The notes beneath the pieces are model-generated. The model was not told the DNA's origin. It saw nothing but the letters and a program-made list of their open reading frames with translations, and did not search any database. From a virus (Duplodnaviria > Caudoviricetes): a stretch of DNA of 64,000 nt. The stretch spans positions 1 to 64,000 of IMG/VR virus record IMGVR_UViG_2747842453_000003; one strand, written 5' to 3'. Positions 9,801 through 20,844 of the stretch are shown one piece after another. Numbering within the stretch: position 1 is the stretch's first letter; each line of letters starts with the position of its first letter. The position numbers were made by a program, and so were the translations under genes.

Positions 9801-11749
9801 GCTGAACCACTTGTTACACCTGCGCCAACTTCACCAGCATTTAATGTGATTAAGTTATCTGCTACTAGTGTTTCTGACGAATTAACAGTAGTAGTTGTAC
9901 CTGTTACTGTTAGGTCACCATTTACGATTAGGTTTGCATCAAATGTTGCATCTGTATCCGCTAGTGTTAAGATTGTACTAGTTGTTCTAGTTTCTGTACC
10001 ACCATCTGCTACTAATACGCCTAGTGGAGTTACATTATCATCAATACCCTGTGATGCGAAGTCAGAAATTAAACCACCGTTGATTTTATCACCTGAAATT
10101 TGATCATCATCAAGTAAAAGTGTTTGACCAGTCAAATCAAGATCGGTATCTGCAATTGTACCACCAGTGATAGTTACTGCTGCACTTGCCATTGTTGAGA
10201 ATGTTGCCGCCGCTGATGTTGTTACACCAATTGCTACATCATCCATATGCCCGCCATTGATATCTGCAGTTGTGATTGTTGCATTTGTAAATGATGAAAT
10301 ACCTGTTGCAGTTACACCACCGTCTTTTAATAGAACACTATCAACTGTGACACCAGCATCTAGTGTTTTTTCACCGATAATATCCGCTGTAATACCACCT
10401 GATCCAACAGAAGCGCCGCCGAAGTCAATGCCTGCTGCAGCAATAATTTTACTATTAAATGTAATATCGCCTGCTGATGTGAATGCTTCTACTGTATCTG
10501 CTTTGAATAAAGTAGTTGCACTTAGGTTTGTAAATTTACCAGTTGATGCAACTGCATTACCAATAGCAGTATTATCAATCGCACCGCCATTTAAATCTAC
10601 TGTATCAGAAGTTAATGTTGTGAAGATTGCTGCTGCTGATGTTGTTGTACCAATTGCAACATTGTCGATTGCTGAACCTGCTGCAGCGTCTACGTCTAGT
10701 ACACCGTCTACGTCTAGTGTTTTGCCAGCGCCAACTGTAATATCATAACCTGATAAAGTGTTGCCAGATGCACCTAGTAGATTTGCACCGTCAATAGTAC
10801 CATTACCAACTGAATCACCGTTGATTTGGTTAGCTGCTAGAGTTAGTGTACCACCTGAAATGTCAATTGTGCCACCAGTGATAGCGACTGTTGCAGCATC
10901 TTGTACTGCCATTGAACCTAGACCTAGGTTTGTACGTGCAGTTGCTTTTCCTGATACATCAGAAGCGTCTACACCTAGACCACCATTTGCTAGTGGTAGT
11001 GCACCTGAAATTGCGCCTGAGTTAGTGATATCTAATGCACCATATACTACGCCGCCTTGACCGTCTGATTTTAGAATCTCGCCAGTGACTGAAGTGCCTT
11101 TGATTGTTAGAGCATCATTCGCATTAATTTTAATGAATGCATCATCTACATTGATATCGATTGTGTTGCCTATTTTTGATAGACCATCGCCTGCTGTTAA
11201 CTGACCAGTACCTGTGAACTGTGCAAACTCAACTGCTGTTGAACCTGGTGTCACTGTACCGTTAGTTGTACATACAAAACCTTGGTCTGAGTTTACAGTA
11301 CCTTCTTCTACGAAGAAGAATGAACCAGTAAATTCACCTGTTGCATCCATATCAATCGCACGTACTAGTGGCGCAGTTCCTGCTGCCCATACATAGATAC
11401 CATTTTGTGATGCAGTTGCCTGGTCTTTCAATAGAATGCGGTCGCCTTGTACAAGGTTAACACTATCGATTGTTGATCCTGGACTTGTTATTGTGATGTC
11501 ACCAGTAGTTGCTGCACGAACAGATTCTTTTACGTCAAGACCTTGTGCAACTGAGTCAACATATGCTTTTGAAGTAGCATGGTTGTCATCTGTTGGCGTT
11601 GTTTCTACTGACATGTGGGTCAGTGTAGTACCATCGGTTGTGATTTTGAACAGTGAGTTACTAGTATCGTATACGACTTTACCGCCGCCTTTACCATACT
11701 GTACCGACTGACCAATACCAGCAATACCGAAATTTTTAATTAAAGCCAT
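6872..11749 (-). CDS. Large virion structural protein (1625 aa) with Gly/Thr/Ala-rich repeats
   Basis: KAYVDSVAQGLDVKESVRAAT...GDRILLKDQ...QNGIYV motif typical of phage fibre/decoration proteins; many GGxIDGTxIGATTSAAGTFSTL repeats; GGAGA RBS. Confidence 0.8.
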   Translation of the reverse strand: MALIKNFGIAGIGQSVQYGKGGGKVVYDTSNSLFKITTDGTTLTHMSVETTPTDDNHATSKAYVDSVAQGLDVKESVRAATTGDITITSPGSTIDSVNLVQGDRILLKDQATASQNGIYVWAAGTAPLVRAIDMDATGEFTGSFFFVEEGTVNSDQGFVCTTNGTVTPGSTAVEFAQFTGTGQLTAGDGLSKIGNTIDINVDDAFIKINANDALTIKGTSVTGEILKSDGQGGVVYGALDITNSGAISGALPLANGGLGVDASDVSGKATARTNLGLGSMAVQDAATVAITGGTIDISGGTLTLAANQINGDSVGNGTIDGANLLGASGNTLSGYDITVGAGKTLDVDGVLDVDAAAGSAIDNVAIGTTTSAAAIFTTLTSDTVDLNGGAIDNTAIGNAVASTGKFTNLSATTLFKADTVEAFTSAGDITFNSKIIAAAGIDFGGASVGSGGITADIIGEKTLDAGVTVDSVLLKDGGVTATGISSFTNATITTADINGGHMDDVAIGVTTSAAATFSTMASAAVTITGGTIADTDLDLTGQTLLLDDDQISGDKINGGLISDFASQGIDDNVTPLGVLVADGGTETRTTSTILTLADTDATFDANLIVNGDLTVTGTTTTVNSSETLVADNLITLNAGEVGAGVTSGSAGIEVDRGSADNASLQWNETLDVWEFKVGTALADLKIGSQSMDAIAVDNIGELTPNAGITFTDEVAGSDATFSGTVTVDTIAEYSTDVGVTVDGVSLKDGVVTGGLTAEAGDTVNVSAASLVLADDQISGDAIEGGVIGSIQIDSLTTSGIAVTGGTIDGTTIGATTSSAGTFSTLVSDSVDLNGGAVDGTIIGATTSAAGTFSTMTTAAATVTGGNVDGTIIGATTSAAGTFSTLTSVSAAITGGAISGASLTSDIVDFGGGEMDAVIIGANTSAAGTFSTLGSNNVTLTGGTATGMTTVTATNLNSGNVTITGGSISGTDINLGGVTLTFDADQISGDAVHAGTISDSSLLGKVHAVGVPHSTISRYDITVGANFALDVSAGTLTLADDQISGDKIQGGTISDFASTGIDDNATATKMTLTDTAATFGVNGDFGANTLAAGATTLASATVTGDAVINGNLTVSGAVTTTLSETVAIEDNMIELNSNVAANAAPTEDSGLVVNRGSSDNAQWYWDETDDVWSSEDANGAMANIKVGEIQAASFGLTGQIARTDGGTGTDTSAFANDSLMVMAAAGAVAELAKGANSTVLKVNASGALGYAKVDMTADITGITPIANGGTGISVSGLEHQVLITDGSGALVYGYQETLRTAAGDVAIQTSGMTTAEYLDMSSATGSVTLTAKNAGGTGVVDMYLQGQDGGDVFLVGQSGEAVLQGDDDTDLTVSGGVSVAGDAGDLVLKGGNGSSTHASGDVIIKGGTGGGTEGKTQVYGSNDTLIATFVETATDTTDSLEIKNGTGGIELAAVGGTEVNLVLAPKTADNTNGTGGMVMLPANTHIDFDNSDDMVVSTKKYVDDEIAKVGDNFLRQDFTANGSGTFTVGNIKNVSGKLYYVKSVTIKILTAFVGCDEITVSDGTNDLVTTIDVDMSEEGLFIIEQGYENTSAQNATITATLGNGGSTASPTVGRAIVSVEYKAINT

Positions 11750-11923
11750 TAAAGTTCTCCTATTATATAGCTATTAAATAAGAACACGAATACTATTCGA
11801 GTCTTACATTGGTTAAAGTTTTCATGAAAAATCTATCCGGGAAGAACACATCAGATAAATTATGCAAGATTGACATCTTACAATTGTATTTATGCTTCAT
11901 GTATTTTGTATTTTATACGAATA

Positions 11924-13957
11924 TTAAACGTAAGTTACGATTACTTTTATTTCGCCTTCTGTTGCATCGAAATGTGATAACTTCGCTTTTATCTCTATTT
12001 CAGTTGCACCCTCATAATGATAATCTGGATTTGTCACATATGATCCGCTAGATTCTAAATCATTAGAATCTGCGCTCATAAGACGATCTGATTCTGCGGT
12101 CGTGCCAATCACTAACGAAGGGATATTTGTTGGGGTATAGCCAGCCATTGGATTAATAACTTCAACCAATACACTAACAACTTTTGAGTTATTAGACATT
12201 CTTCCTAATACAACCGTATCAGATGTTCCAAATCCAGATATTGGACAATTGAATGTATATGACAATGTGCTTGCATCTGTTGCAGCACTATCTTGGTCTG
12301 CTACCAACGACCATGCTGACCCATCCCAAATAAATAGTGCCCACTCACCTTCGCCGCTGTCAAGAACATATGCTGCATCACCAACCAGCACACCAGTAAG
12401 TGCATCTCTTTCTGCCATTCCAGCAACAACAGTTGTACCTGCTTTGCGTACACCTTGTTCAACATTGAGACCAATAGCATATGATCCATTATGTCCAGAT
12501 AATACTCCAAAATCAACTGTTGGTGATCCGATTTCATCAGTTATTATTATCTCGCCGCCATCATCTCTTCTAAGTTGTAACACAAATGCACTTGCGGCAG
12601 CAGGATATGTTAGTCCCAATGCAGCGATAGAATTAGTTCCTGCAAAATTATTTCCATTCGCATCAGGCGATACATTTACAATTGTAATACTTCCACCTGA
12701 TGCTTCAAATATTATTAAATTTCCATTTGCATGACTTGCAGTTATATTATTAATTCCTGCTGCATTAATATCATTCGCCATGTCTTCTGCAATAGCAACT
12801 GCCATTCCAAATGAACCTTGTCCTGCTGTTGTAGTGGTAAAATCAACTGCTGATCCATTAATAGTTGCTGAAAACGGTGCAAAGCCACCAACAAGTCCAT
12901 ATGCATTTCCATATGTTCCTGAGTCTGATTCAATCTCATTAGGTGCAGGGCTTGCTTCTGCAATTACGTTATGTTCTACGGTTAAAGCATTAATATCATC
13001 CCTTGCATTTGCTACACTCACTACGCCACCACTACTTGTCAAGAATTGAACATCGATACCATTGATACCCATCTTATCACCTGCAGTACAAGAACCATTT
13101 GTAATAGTTCCACGTGATACACTTGGTATTTGATCTTTAATTTTTAGAAAAATAGCAACATTTTGTTTTTCAGTCGTTAGTTCACCTGTACCATCAATTG
13201 CTGGATATATAAAATCACCTGCTGTACCTGGTAGTCCAGGCACAAAATCAATAACTCCATTTGCAGGTCTTAGAAGAAAATTATTTGGACCAGGACCTGG
13301 ATGTGTTACTGTACCAACTAGTCTATCCATGTTATCTTGCCCTGCAACTTCAAATTCGCCAGTATCAGGATTCATACAAATCACATCGCCTTCATCAAAT
13401 CCATGTGTGTCTTGATTCAAAAGATAGTTATTAGATGGATTGAGATACTTAAATCGTGAGTTGACATTAGGATAGAAATCGCTAGAAACTGAGCCAACTG
13501 GTAGCGGATCAATCATAGGATCACCATTTTCATTAAGTTGAAATACGATTGCACTGCCTGGAATATTGAATATACCTGTACCAGCAGCACTTCTAAAAGT
13601 GTTGTATCTGAGTCTATCTTCAACCTGACAAGTAACTGACAATGCGGTTTTTTCTATTATTGAAACAATTTGCAATGCTCTGCCATCTGTTGCACCAGCA
13701 ATGAAATCACCAACAGTTATGTCAAATCCATCAAATCTAAATGGAGTACGTGTTAAATGTGAACCATGATTTACCTGTGTGACACCCATTGTTATTTCCC
13801 AACGGTATGCTTTGGCGTTACTTGCACCAGCCCACCAATTATCACCTAGGCCATCATCGTACGGCCAGGATGCAATATTTTTAGCACTTATTACAGTACA
13901 TGATATAACTTTTGCCGGAACATTTAAATCTATTGCACTTGTCTTATAATTAATCAT
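11924..13957 (-). CDS. Virion structural protein (677 aa)
   Basis: Long ORF in the structural cluster with AAGGA RBS; no specific family recognised. Confidence 0.65.
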   Translation of the reverse strand: MINYKTSAIDLNVPAKVISCTVISAKNIASWPYDDGLGDNWWAGASNAKAYRWEITMGVTQVNHGSHLTRTPFRFDGFDITVGDFIAGATDGRALQIVSIIEKTALSVTCQVEDRLRYNTFRSAAGTGIFNIPGSAIVFQLNENGDPMIDPLPVGSVSSDFYPNVNSRFKYLNPSNNYLLNQDTHGFDEGDVICMNPDTGEFEVAGQDNMDRLVGTVTHPGPGPNNFLLRPANGVIDFVPGLPGTAGDFIYPAIDGTGELTTEKQNVAIFLKIKDQIPSVSRGTITNGSCTAGDKMGINGIDVQFLTSSGGVVSVANARDDINALTVEHNVIAEASPAPNEIESDSGTYGNAYGLVGGFAPFSATINGSAVDFTTTTAGQGSFGMAVAIAEDMANDINAAGINNITASHANGNLIIFEASGGSITIVNVSPDANGNNFAGTNSIAALGLTYPAAASAFVLQLRRDDGGEIIITDEIGSPTVDFGVLSGHNGSYAIGLNVEQGVRKAGTTVVAGMAERDALTGVLVGDAAYVLDSGEGEWALFIWDGSAWSLVADQDSAATDASTLSYTFNCPISGFGTSDTVVLGRMSNNSKVVSVLVEVINPMAGYTPTNIPSLVIGTTAESDRLMSADSNDLESSGSYVTNPDYHYEGATEIEIKAKLSHFDATEGEIKVIVTYV

Positions 13958-13981
13958 TTTAATTATTCCTTAAATAAATTA

Positions 13982-16900
13982 TTATATCATTGACACCACG
14001 ATCCATGCATGTGTATCTGTCCCGAAACTTCTACCGGCACCAGTGTCTGCTTCTCGTAATACTAAGTTCATAGTAAGTGATCCTAGTGAACCAAATGCAA
14101 TTGGTGATCCAGGAGATCCGCCTGCGTTTAGAGTACGAGTAGTCATATCTTTATTAAGTGGCATAATTATATACTGATTTGTTGTTCTAGAATATCCGTA
14201 AACAAGTACGTTTGATGGTGGGAATGAATATCCACTAAATGTCACAGTAACTTCGCCTGAGTTTGCATCCTCAATATTTGCTGATATTCCACTTGTTGTA
14301 TTCGAAATACTAGACAATGAACCATTTGTCGCATAGTTAAGTTTGAAATACTCTGTGGTACTACCGCCACCACCGCCACCACCGCCGGTTGCCGGTGCTG
14401 CAGGTGCCCATTCGCTACTTGTAGCATCCCAAGTAAGAACATCACCATTTGTTGGAACAGTTGCATCGACATTACCTAAATCACCTAGTGATTCTGTTGA
14501 TAAATCCACAGTTCCGCCGCTTGCTGGGACGAATTTACTACCATCCCATTCTAAGAATTGACCTGTTTGGACACCGGAAATGTCAACATTATTCAGTTCG
14601 CCAATAGATGAACTTGAAAGATTTGCTGCTGCTGGAGCAGTTGGTTGCCATTGTGTGCCAGACCATGCTAGTAATTGTCCTAATGCTGGAGCACTAGACG
14701 AAACATTGTTTAAATCACCTAAATTAGAGTCTATTGAAACAACCAAATTATCTACACTAATGCCTGTTCCTGCTGTATATACATTATGAGCAAGAAGACC
14801 GTTACTATCTCCTAGTTGAGAAACATCATTCGGAATTGTAGGCTTATCTGTTAAATCATTGTACGATGAAACTCCGCCGCCGCCGCCTGATACAGTAGCG
14901 AATGAGAAGTTACCTGAACCATCGGTTGTTAGCACCTGTCCAGATGTTCCATCATTAATAGATAAGTCAGTTAATTCTAATCCGTTAATTGTATTACCAG
15001 TAAAATCAACTGTTCCACTAAATGTAGTTGTTTGTGAACCTGATGAATTTGTGAATGCGATGTGTGTTGATTTGCTACCAGAACCGTTATCACTCTGAAT
15101 TACCATTGGTTGTGAAGCATTATCTGCGCCTACCCAATAGTTTGTTTTAATCTTACCGCCACCTATTGGTCCAATAATTAGAGCGCCAGCGCCACTCGCA
15201 TCATATTCAAAGCCAGCAACACCGCCCAAACTACCATTATCGTTATATTGAATTGAGCCGTTGCTACCTTGTGGAGTAACTTCTGCACTTGCCATATCAG
15301 CAGGTGCATATGTAAATACGCCGTCACTTGAATTAAATGTCAGTGACCCGCCACCTGATTTAGTTACAGTGTTTACACTTACTGATGAACGTGTTTCTGA
15401 TGAGATATCTGGTGGAATAAACGTAAATACACCAGTCTGTGCACTATATTGCAACGAACCAGACGCACTTCCAATTGATTGATTTGTTACACTAAGATCA
15501 GAAAGAGCAATACCGCCGCCTGTGCCGCCACCGCCGCCGGAACCTAATAGACCATCTGCATCTGATAATTCATTTACATCTGACGGGATAGTTGGTGCAC
15601 CGTTCAAGTCTGAATAGTTGCCTGAGAATGGAACTGAAGAAACCTGTAACCATGTAAAGAATCCACCCAAATCATAGTTTATGAACATTTCAGATGTACT
15701 ATCATCATACCACAATTGTCCTGCCACCGCATCTGTCGGAGGGGTTGAGCCAACTGGTATTCCAGGAATATTTCTGTTTTCCCATTCGCCAGATGTATTA
15801 TTATATGTTAGAACCTGTCCTTCTTCTGTAGAAGATACGGAAACATCATCTAAATCATCAATTGTTGTTCTCGCTACTGCTGATGTCAGCGTAAATGTAC
15901 CGGTTACGTCATTATATTCTAAAAGTGTCTCATCGCCGCTTGCTGTTGCGTTTGATATACTTAGATCAGTTAAAGATATGCCAGAGCCACCAGATGACGT
16001 TGAATCAGATGCTGGTGCCCAAGAACTACCATTCCATTTTAGTACTTGGCCTGTACTGGCTGCAGAAGCACTCACATCAGTTAAATCACCCAATACTGTG
16101 GCACCGCCTCCACTTAATAGTTCATTTGTATCGGTTAAATCACTGATATCTGCTGGAGCATCAGTGATGCCATATCCTGCTAGTGTAGTTGGAGTGTCAG
16201 TCAAATCTGCCCAAGCACTTGAACCACCGTCAGTGATGCCATATCCTGCTAGTGTTGTCGGCGTTGTTCCCAAGTCAGCAAAGTTTACTACTGCGTCAGT
16301 AATTCCATATCCTGCTAGAGTAGTTGGTGTATCTGTGATATCTGCCCATGCACTTGAACCACCATCAGTAATTCCATATCCTGCTAGAGTAGTTGGCGTG
16401 CCAGTTAATTCATCCCATGTACTTGCACCTGAAATACCTGATAAATCTACCGAATTACCACCAGATATTTGTAAACTTGATCCAACAAGTGTTAAACTTT
16501 GACTATCTGTATTTGCCGCTTGAATGATGCCAGTACTATCTGTTAGTTCTGATATATCTTGTGGAATAGCAGGTTTATTAATTAAATTTGCATAATCTTT
16601 TAAATCTTCATCATTGAATAATAGTGTTGTCCCTGCTGTTTTTAATGTATTGCCTGCGGAGCCGAAATAAATTGTAGTATCACTTATGTATAAATCTTTT
16701 ACCATATTTGTTGGACTACCAATATTAAATCCGGCATTTGTCGATGGAACAAGATCGAAATCCCAACCTCCGTTCAAATATGATTTTACGTCAGCATCTG
16801 TATAATTTGAACCACCGCCGCCACCTAATCCACTTAAATCTACAGAGTTGCCATTAGCAATAGTAAGTGTTGTGCCATCCAATGTTAGATTTTGATAATC

Positions 16901-19900
16901 TGGTGATGATGACTGTGGGTTCAATTCGATCCAGAATGGGAATCCACCTAAATCATAGTTTATTAGTAGAGCAAAGTTTGCGGAATCAAACCATAATTCA
17001 CCATCTAATGGTGCGGTTGGCGCGGTATCTGATATATTAACAGTATACAACTCGGTTAAATCAACTGAATTTCCAGTTGATATTTCTAATGTTTTAGTAT
17101 CATGTGTATATGTTAGATTTTGTGGTGCTGGAATATCTGATAGTTTGGCTAATTTATTACCATTCCAGGTTACATCATTTGCGGAGTCTGCTGCTAATGT
17201 ATTTCCAGCAAGTTTAACTTCACCAACATGAATGTCTTTCCAGCGTCTACCATCTGAGCCTAAATGCTGCGAATTATTTATTTCAGGAACAAAGTTCCAA
17301 CTCGCATCTAGTGCCAATGTTGTTGTTGGTAGATTAGATGTTAATCCATCTATTCCAAGACCAGATAGATCAACTGTGTTACCACCCGAAATTGTTAAAT
17401 CGGTATCTACTAGTGCTAGAGTTTGTGGTATGCCTTCACCACCACCGCCATTGCCATCGCCTCCAGTTGGGGCTGCTGCTACCCATGTAGTGCCGTTGTA
17501 TGTTAGTACATCTCCTATATCGCCTTCTAATGTAAGATTGTCTGATAAAACTGCAGTACCATGGAATCTTTCACCATACACATCATTAAATCGTAGTTCT
17601 GCACTACCTATATCCCATAGATTATCTTCTGATGGTGCACTATGTCCATCCAATTTTATATAGTTATCAACATCATTATATACTGGTAGGGTAATACTAT
17701 TGCCATCGGAGATAGTAATTTCATTACCAGAGATTGATAGTGACTGTGTTGCTATGAAAGCGCCTAGGTCCGTTAACTCAATTGAATTACCGTTGGATAT
17801 AAATAGTTTTCCTTCTGCTATTGACAAGTTTTGATAATCAGCATCCAATCTGGCTGCTAGTTTATCATCAACCCATTGTTCAGTAGCATATCCAGTTAAA
17901 TCGGTTGCAGCATCTACCAGTGATACGAGATCAACTGAATTACCATTTCCTGAACCACTTGATATTGAAAGAATAGTTCCAGAAAATGTTAGTTCTTGTC
18001 CATCACTATCACCCAATGAGTTGATAGTATTAACAACATAATCCTGTGTTGCATATTGAGTTAAGTCAACATCTTCAACTAAACTAGAAAGATCAACGGA
18101 GTTACCACCTGATATCGTAAGTGTTTTATCATTCAATGATAATACTTGTTCATCGGTATTAACGTATTCAGATAAGTCTACCGAATTACCACCTGATATT
18201 GTAACTAAATTATTTGCAAGTGTTAATAATTGTGATTCGGGCACAAGTAAATTAGTTGTATCAGTTAGTTCGGAAATATCAGTTGGCGCACCAGTTAAGT
18301 CTGAATATACACCACTGAATGCTTCTGGTATTGTTGGTGTATCAGTAAGATCATCATATGACCCACTGAATGCTTCTGGTATTGTTGGTGTATCTGTAAG
18401 ATCATTATATGACCCACTAAATGCTTCTGTTTTTAGAGCATAATCGGATAAGTCTTGATGACTTGTTAGATACCCACTATCATTTGATAGTTGGCTAACA
18501 TTAGTTGGAATACTTAAATTACTTATTGCTGACGAAAGTTCAGCATCAGTTGCCATTGAATCTTGAATTTCTTTGAACGTGTCAAATGCTGCATCTGCCC
18601 CACCAATTAGATTACTGATAGCATTATCTACATATGCCTTGTTTGCAATTGTTGAATCTAATGAAAACTCTGTTCCAGTTAACTCTAGTCCATTGCCAGC
18701 AGTATATGTTGTATCAAAATTAGTGTCTGTCCAAGGAACATTGACAAACATTTCTGCGCCATTTAACTCTACTGGATAATTTGTGCCATTTGCACTGTAC
18801 CCAATCTTAACTAATCCAAGTGTTTCAGCAGTTGCAGTTGTATATGTTGTATCTGTATAACTAGTTAAATAGCCGCTGTCATTTGTGAATGCACTGACAT
18901 TTGTTGGTATTGCAGGAATAGTAGGTGTATCAGTAAGATCATTATATGACCCACTGAATGCTTCTGTTTTTAGAGTATAATCTGTTAAATCCTGATGTGC
19001 TGTCAAGTAACCACTATCATTCGTAAATGCACTAACATCTGTTGGTATTGTAGGAATAGTAGGTGCATTTGTCAGATCATTATATGATCCACTGAAAAGA
19101 CCAGATTCTAATATACCTATCGAATTAATAACATAATCTTGAGTTGCGTACGGTGATAGATCCACTGTTGTAGCCAATGAAGAAAGATCAATGGTATTAC
19201 CACCTGAAATCGTCAGTTCTGTGCCATTTAAAGTGATTTGCTGTGCATCAACATTGGCATATTCAGATAAGTCAATAGAATTTCCACTTGATATACTAAG
19301 TAAATTGTTAGAAAAAGATAATACTTGTGATTCTGCAAGTAGATTTGTTGTATCTGTGAATGCACTTATATCTGTTGGTGATCCTGTCAAATCTGCATAC
19401 GCGCCACTAAATGATTCTGATATTGTGGGTTTGTTTGTAAGGTCATTATAATCACCACTAAACGCAGTGACATGATCCAGTAGATTTGTTGTATCTGTTA
19501 GGTCGCTCACATCGGTTGGAATAGTTGGTGCACCTGTCAGATCATTGTAAACGCCACTAAACGCAGTTACCAATAGATTTGTTGTATCTGTTAGATCAGA
19601 AATGTCAGTGGGTAGGGTTGGTTTATTTTGTAATGTATTCCAATCTGCATATGGAATATCAATATTATCAATTGCAGTGGTTAGCGCAGTTGTAGTAACG
19701 TAATTTCCTAAATTTAGGCTGACACTATTGCCGTCTGTGATACTTAGAACATTTCCATCCCATGTTAACTCTTGGTATGCTTTTGGACCAGCAACCCATG
19801 CTGCACCGTTATATGTTAGAACTTCACCTACTTCGCCATTTACTGATAAATTATTTGCAAGAATTGCAGTACCATAAAAAGTCTCTGCATAAATGTCATT

Positions 19901-20833
19901 GAAACGATAATCGCTTGAACCTATATCCCATGTTTTATTTAAATTTGGTAAAGAGTGTCCATCTGTTTTAATAAAGTTATCAACGTCAACTGGTGATGGC
20001 AGAGTAATTGAATTACCACCAGTTATAGATAGTGTTTGGCCATTTATTACAAGAGTTTGTGGAGTTGCATTAAATTCATTTTGGCCAGCACCGGCAGGTG
20101 CAGATACCCAGGTTGAACCGTTCCATGTTAGAACATCGCCATTATTTGAACCTACAACTGTTAAATTGTCTGCCAGAACTGCTGTACCATGCAATGTTTT
20201 CGCATATATATCATTATATCTGAAATCACTGCTGCCTAGATTGAATGTATCATCAATTGTAGGAGCATTATTTGCATTAAGTCTCATATAGCGGGCATCA
20301 CTATCTGCTTGACTGATTGCGCCAATATTTGTTCTTGCTAACGATTTATTTGGAACGTCGGATAAGTTATTTGAATTTACTAAAAATTGTGTAGTATCAA
20401 TATTTGCAGATAAAGTTATGGTTTCACCATCGTCTGCTACGATTATTCCATTACCACCTGCGATACTTTTAAAACTAAATGTACCTTCAGAATCTATGCC
20501 AGATAGCAACGCACTACCTGATCCAAGATTAGTACCACTTTGTAGGTTAGTTGATAAATCTGCAGATATTATCAGTCCATTGCCACTATCTGTTATTGTT
20601 ACATTTGTACCGGCTGTTATGGTTTGTAATACAAGTGATGATCCAGTTATTGAACCTAGTTGATTGCCAGCGCCGGTATGACTAACCGAATCCAAGCCAG
20701 CACCGCCTGCAGAACTTGTTCCTGCTGCATTGATAAATGCACCTTCAGATGTGTTATATACAAGAACTTGATCTTCTTGTAAATTTCCAACTAGTTTGAA
20801 GGTTGGATTAAATGGTGTTGCGTTGATACTCAT
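13982..20833 (-). CDS. Very large tail-fibre-like protein (2283 aa) with multiple internal repeats
   Basis: FSGSYNDLTDTPTIP, QxLxLxGxxLxISGGNSVDLS, PTTLAGYGITD and DLxDV...GQVLxWxG repeats. Confidence 0.8.
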   Translation of the reverse strand: MSINATPFNPTFKLVGNLQEDQVLVYNTSEGAFINAAGTSSAGGAGLDSVSHTGAGNQLGSITGSSLVLQTITAGTNVTITDSGNGLIISADLSTNLQSGTNLGSGSALLSGIDSEGTFSFKSIAGGNGIIVADDGETITLSANIDTTQFLVNSNNLSDVPNKSLARTNIGAISQADSDARYMRLNANNAPTIDDTFNLGSSDFRYNDIYAKTLHGTAVLADNLTVVGSNNGDVLTWNGSTWVSAPAGAGQNEFNATPQTLVINGQTLSITGGNSITLPSPVDVDNFIKTDGHSLPNLNKTWDIGSSDYRFNDIYAETFYGTAILANNLSVNGEVGEVLTYNGAAWVAGPKAYQELTWDGNVLSITDGNSVSLNLGNYVTTTALTTAIDNIDIPYADWNTLQNKPTLPTDISDLTDTTNLLVTAFSGVYNDLTGAPTIPTDVSDLTDTTNLLDHVTAFSGDYNDLTNKPTISESFSGAYADLTGSPTDISAFTDTTNLLAESQVLSFSNNLLSISSGNSIDLSEYANVDAQQITLNGTELTISGGNTIDLSSLATTVDLSPYATQDYVINSIGILESGLFSGSYNDLTNAPTIPTIPTDVSAFTNDSGYLTAHQDLTDYTLKTEAFSGSYNDLTDTPTIPAIPTNVSAFTNDSGYLTSYTDTTYTTATAETLGLVKIGYSANGTNYPVELNGAEMFVNVPWTDTNFDTTYTAGNGLELTGTEFSLDSTIANKAYVDNAISNLIGGADAAFDTFKEIQDSMATDAELSSAISNLSIPTNVSQLSNDSGYLTSHQDLSDYALKTEAFSGSYNDLTDTPTIPEAFSGSYDDLTDTPTIPEAFSGVYSDLTGAPTDISELTDTTNLLVPESQLLTLANNLVTISGGNSVDLSEYVNTDEQVLSLNDKTLTISGGNSVDLSSLVEDVDLTQYATQDYVVNTINSLGDSDGQELTFSGTILSISSGSGNGNSVDLVSLVDAATDLTGYATEQWVDDKLAARLDADYQNLSIAEGKLFISNGNSIELTDLGAFIATQSLSISGNEITISDGNSITLPVYNDVDNYIKLDGHSAPSEDNLWDIGSAELRFNDVYGERFHGTAVLSDNLTLEGDIGDVLTYNGTTWVAAAPTGGDGNGGGGEGIPQTLALVDTDLTISGGNTVDLSGLGIDGLTSNLPTTTLALDASWNFVPEINNSQHLGSDGRRWKDIHVGEVKLAGNTLAADSANDVTWNGNKLAKLSDIPAPQNLTYTHDTKTLEISTGNSVDLTELYTVNISDTAPTAPLDGELWFDSANFALLINYDLGGFPFWIELNPQSSSPDYQNLTLDGTTLTIANGNSVDLSGLGGGGGSNYTDADVKSYLNGGWDFDLVPSTNAGFNIGSPTNMVKDLYISDTTIYFGSAGNTLKTAGTTLLFNDEDLKDYANLINKPAIPQDISELTDSTGIIQAANTDSQSLTLVGSSLQISGGNSVDLSGISGASTWDELTGTPTTLAGYGITDGGSSAWADITDTPTTLAGYGITDAVVNFADLGTTPTTLAGYGITDGGSSAWADLTDTPTTLAGYGITDAPADISDLTDTNELLSGGGATVLGDLTDVSASAASTGQVLKWNGSSWAPASDSTSSGGSGISLTDLSISNATASGDETLLEYNDVTGTFTLTSAVARTTIDDLDDVSVSSTEEGQVLTYNNTSGEWENRNIPGIPVGSTPPTDAVAGQLWYDDSTSEMFINYDLGGFFTWLQVSSVPFSGNYSDLNGAPTIPSDVNELSDADGLLGSGGGGGTGGGIALSDLSVTNQSIGSASGSLQYSAQTGVFTFIPPDISSETRSSVSVNTVTKSGGGSLTFNSSDGVFTYAPADMASAEVTPQGSNGSIQYNDNGSLGGVAGFEYDASGAGALIIGPIGGGKIKTNYWVGADNASQPMVIQSDNGSGSKSTHIAFTNSSGSQTTTFSGTVDFTGNTINGLELTDLSINDGTSGQVLTTDGSGNFSFATVSGGGGGVSSYNDLTDKPTIPNDVSQLGDSNGLLAHNVYTAGTGISVDNLVVSIDSNLGDLNNVSSSAPALGQLLAWSGTQWQPTAPAAANLSSSSIGELNNVDISGVQTGQFLEWDGSKFVPASGGTVDLSTESLGDLGNVDATVPTNGDVLTWDATSSEWAPAAPATGGGGGGGGSTTEYFKLNYATNGSLSSISNTTSGISANIEDANSGEVTVTFSGYSFPPSNVLVYGYSRTTNQYIIMPLNKDMTTRTLNAGGSPGSPIAFGSLGSLTMNLVLREADTGAGRSFGTDTHAWIVVSMI
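16140..16410 (-). repeat. Four tandem copies of a W/FADLxxTPTTLAGYGITD module inside the 2283-aa gene
   Basis: ccatatcctgctag recurs at about 16170, 16239, 16305 and 16374. Confidence 0.8.
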
Positions 20834-20844
20834 AAGTATGCCCC

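Noticed and set aside
16140-19620. CRISPR-like spaced repeats
   Set aside because: Repeats are in-frame, degenerate at third codon positions and encode fibre motifs; no cas genes.
167-20663. Many plus-strand ORFs (up to 273 aa) across the structural genes and elsewhere
   Set aside because: Antisense shadows of long minus-strand genes with biased codon use; no RBS and no recognisable motifs.
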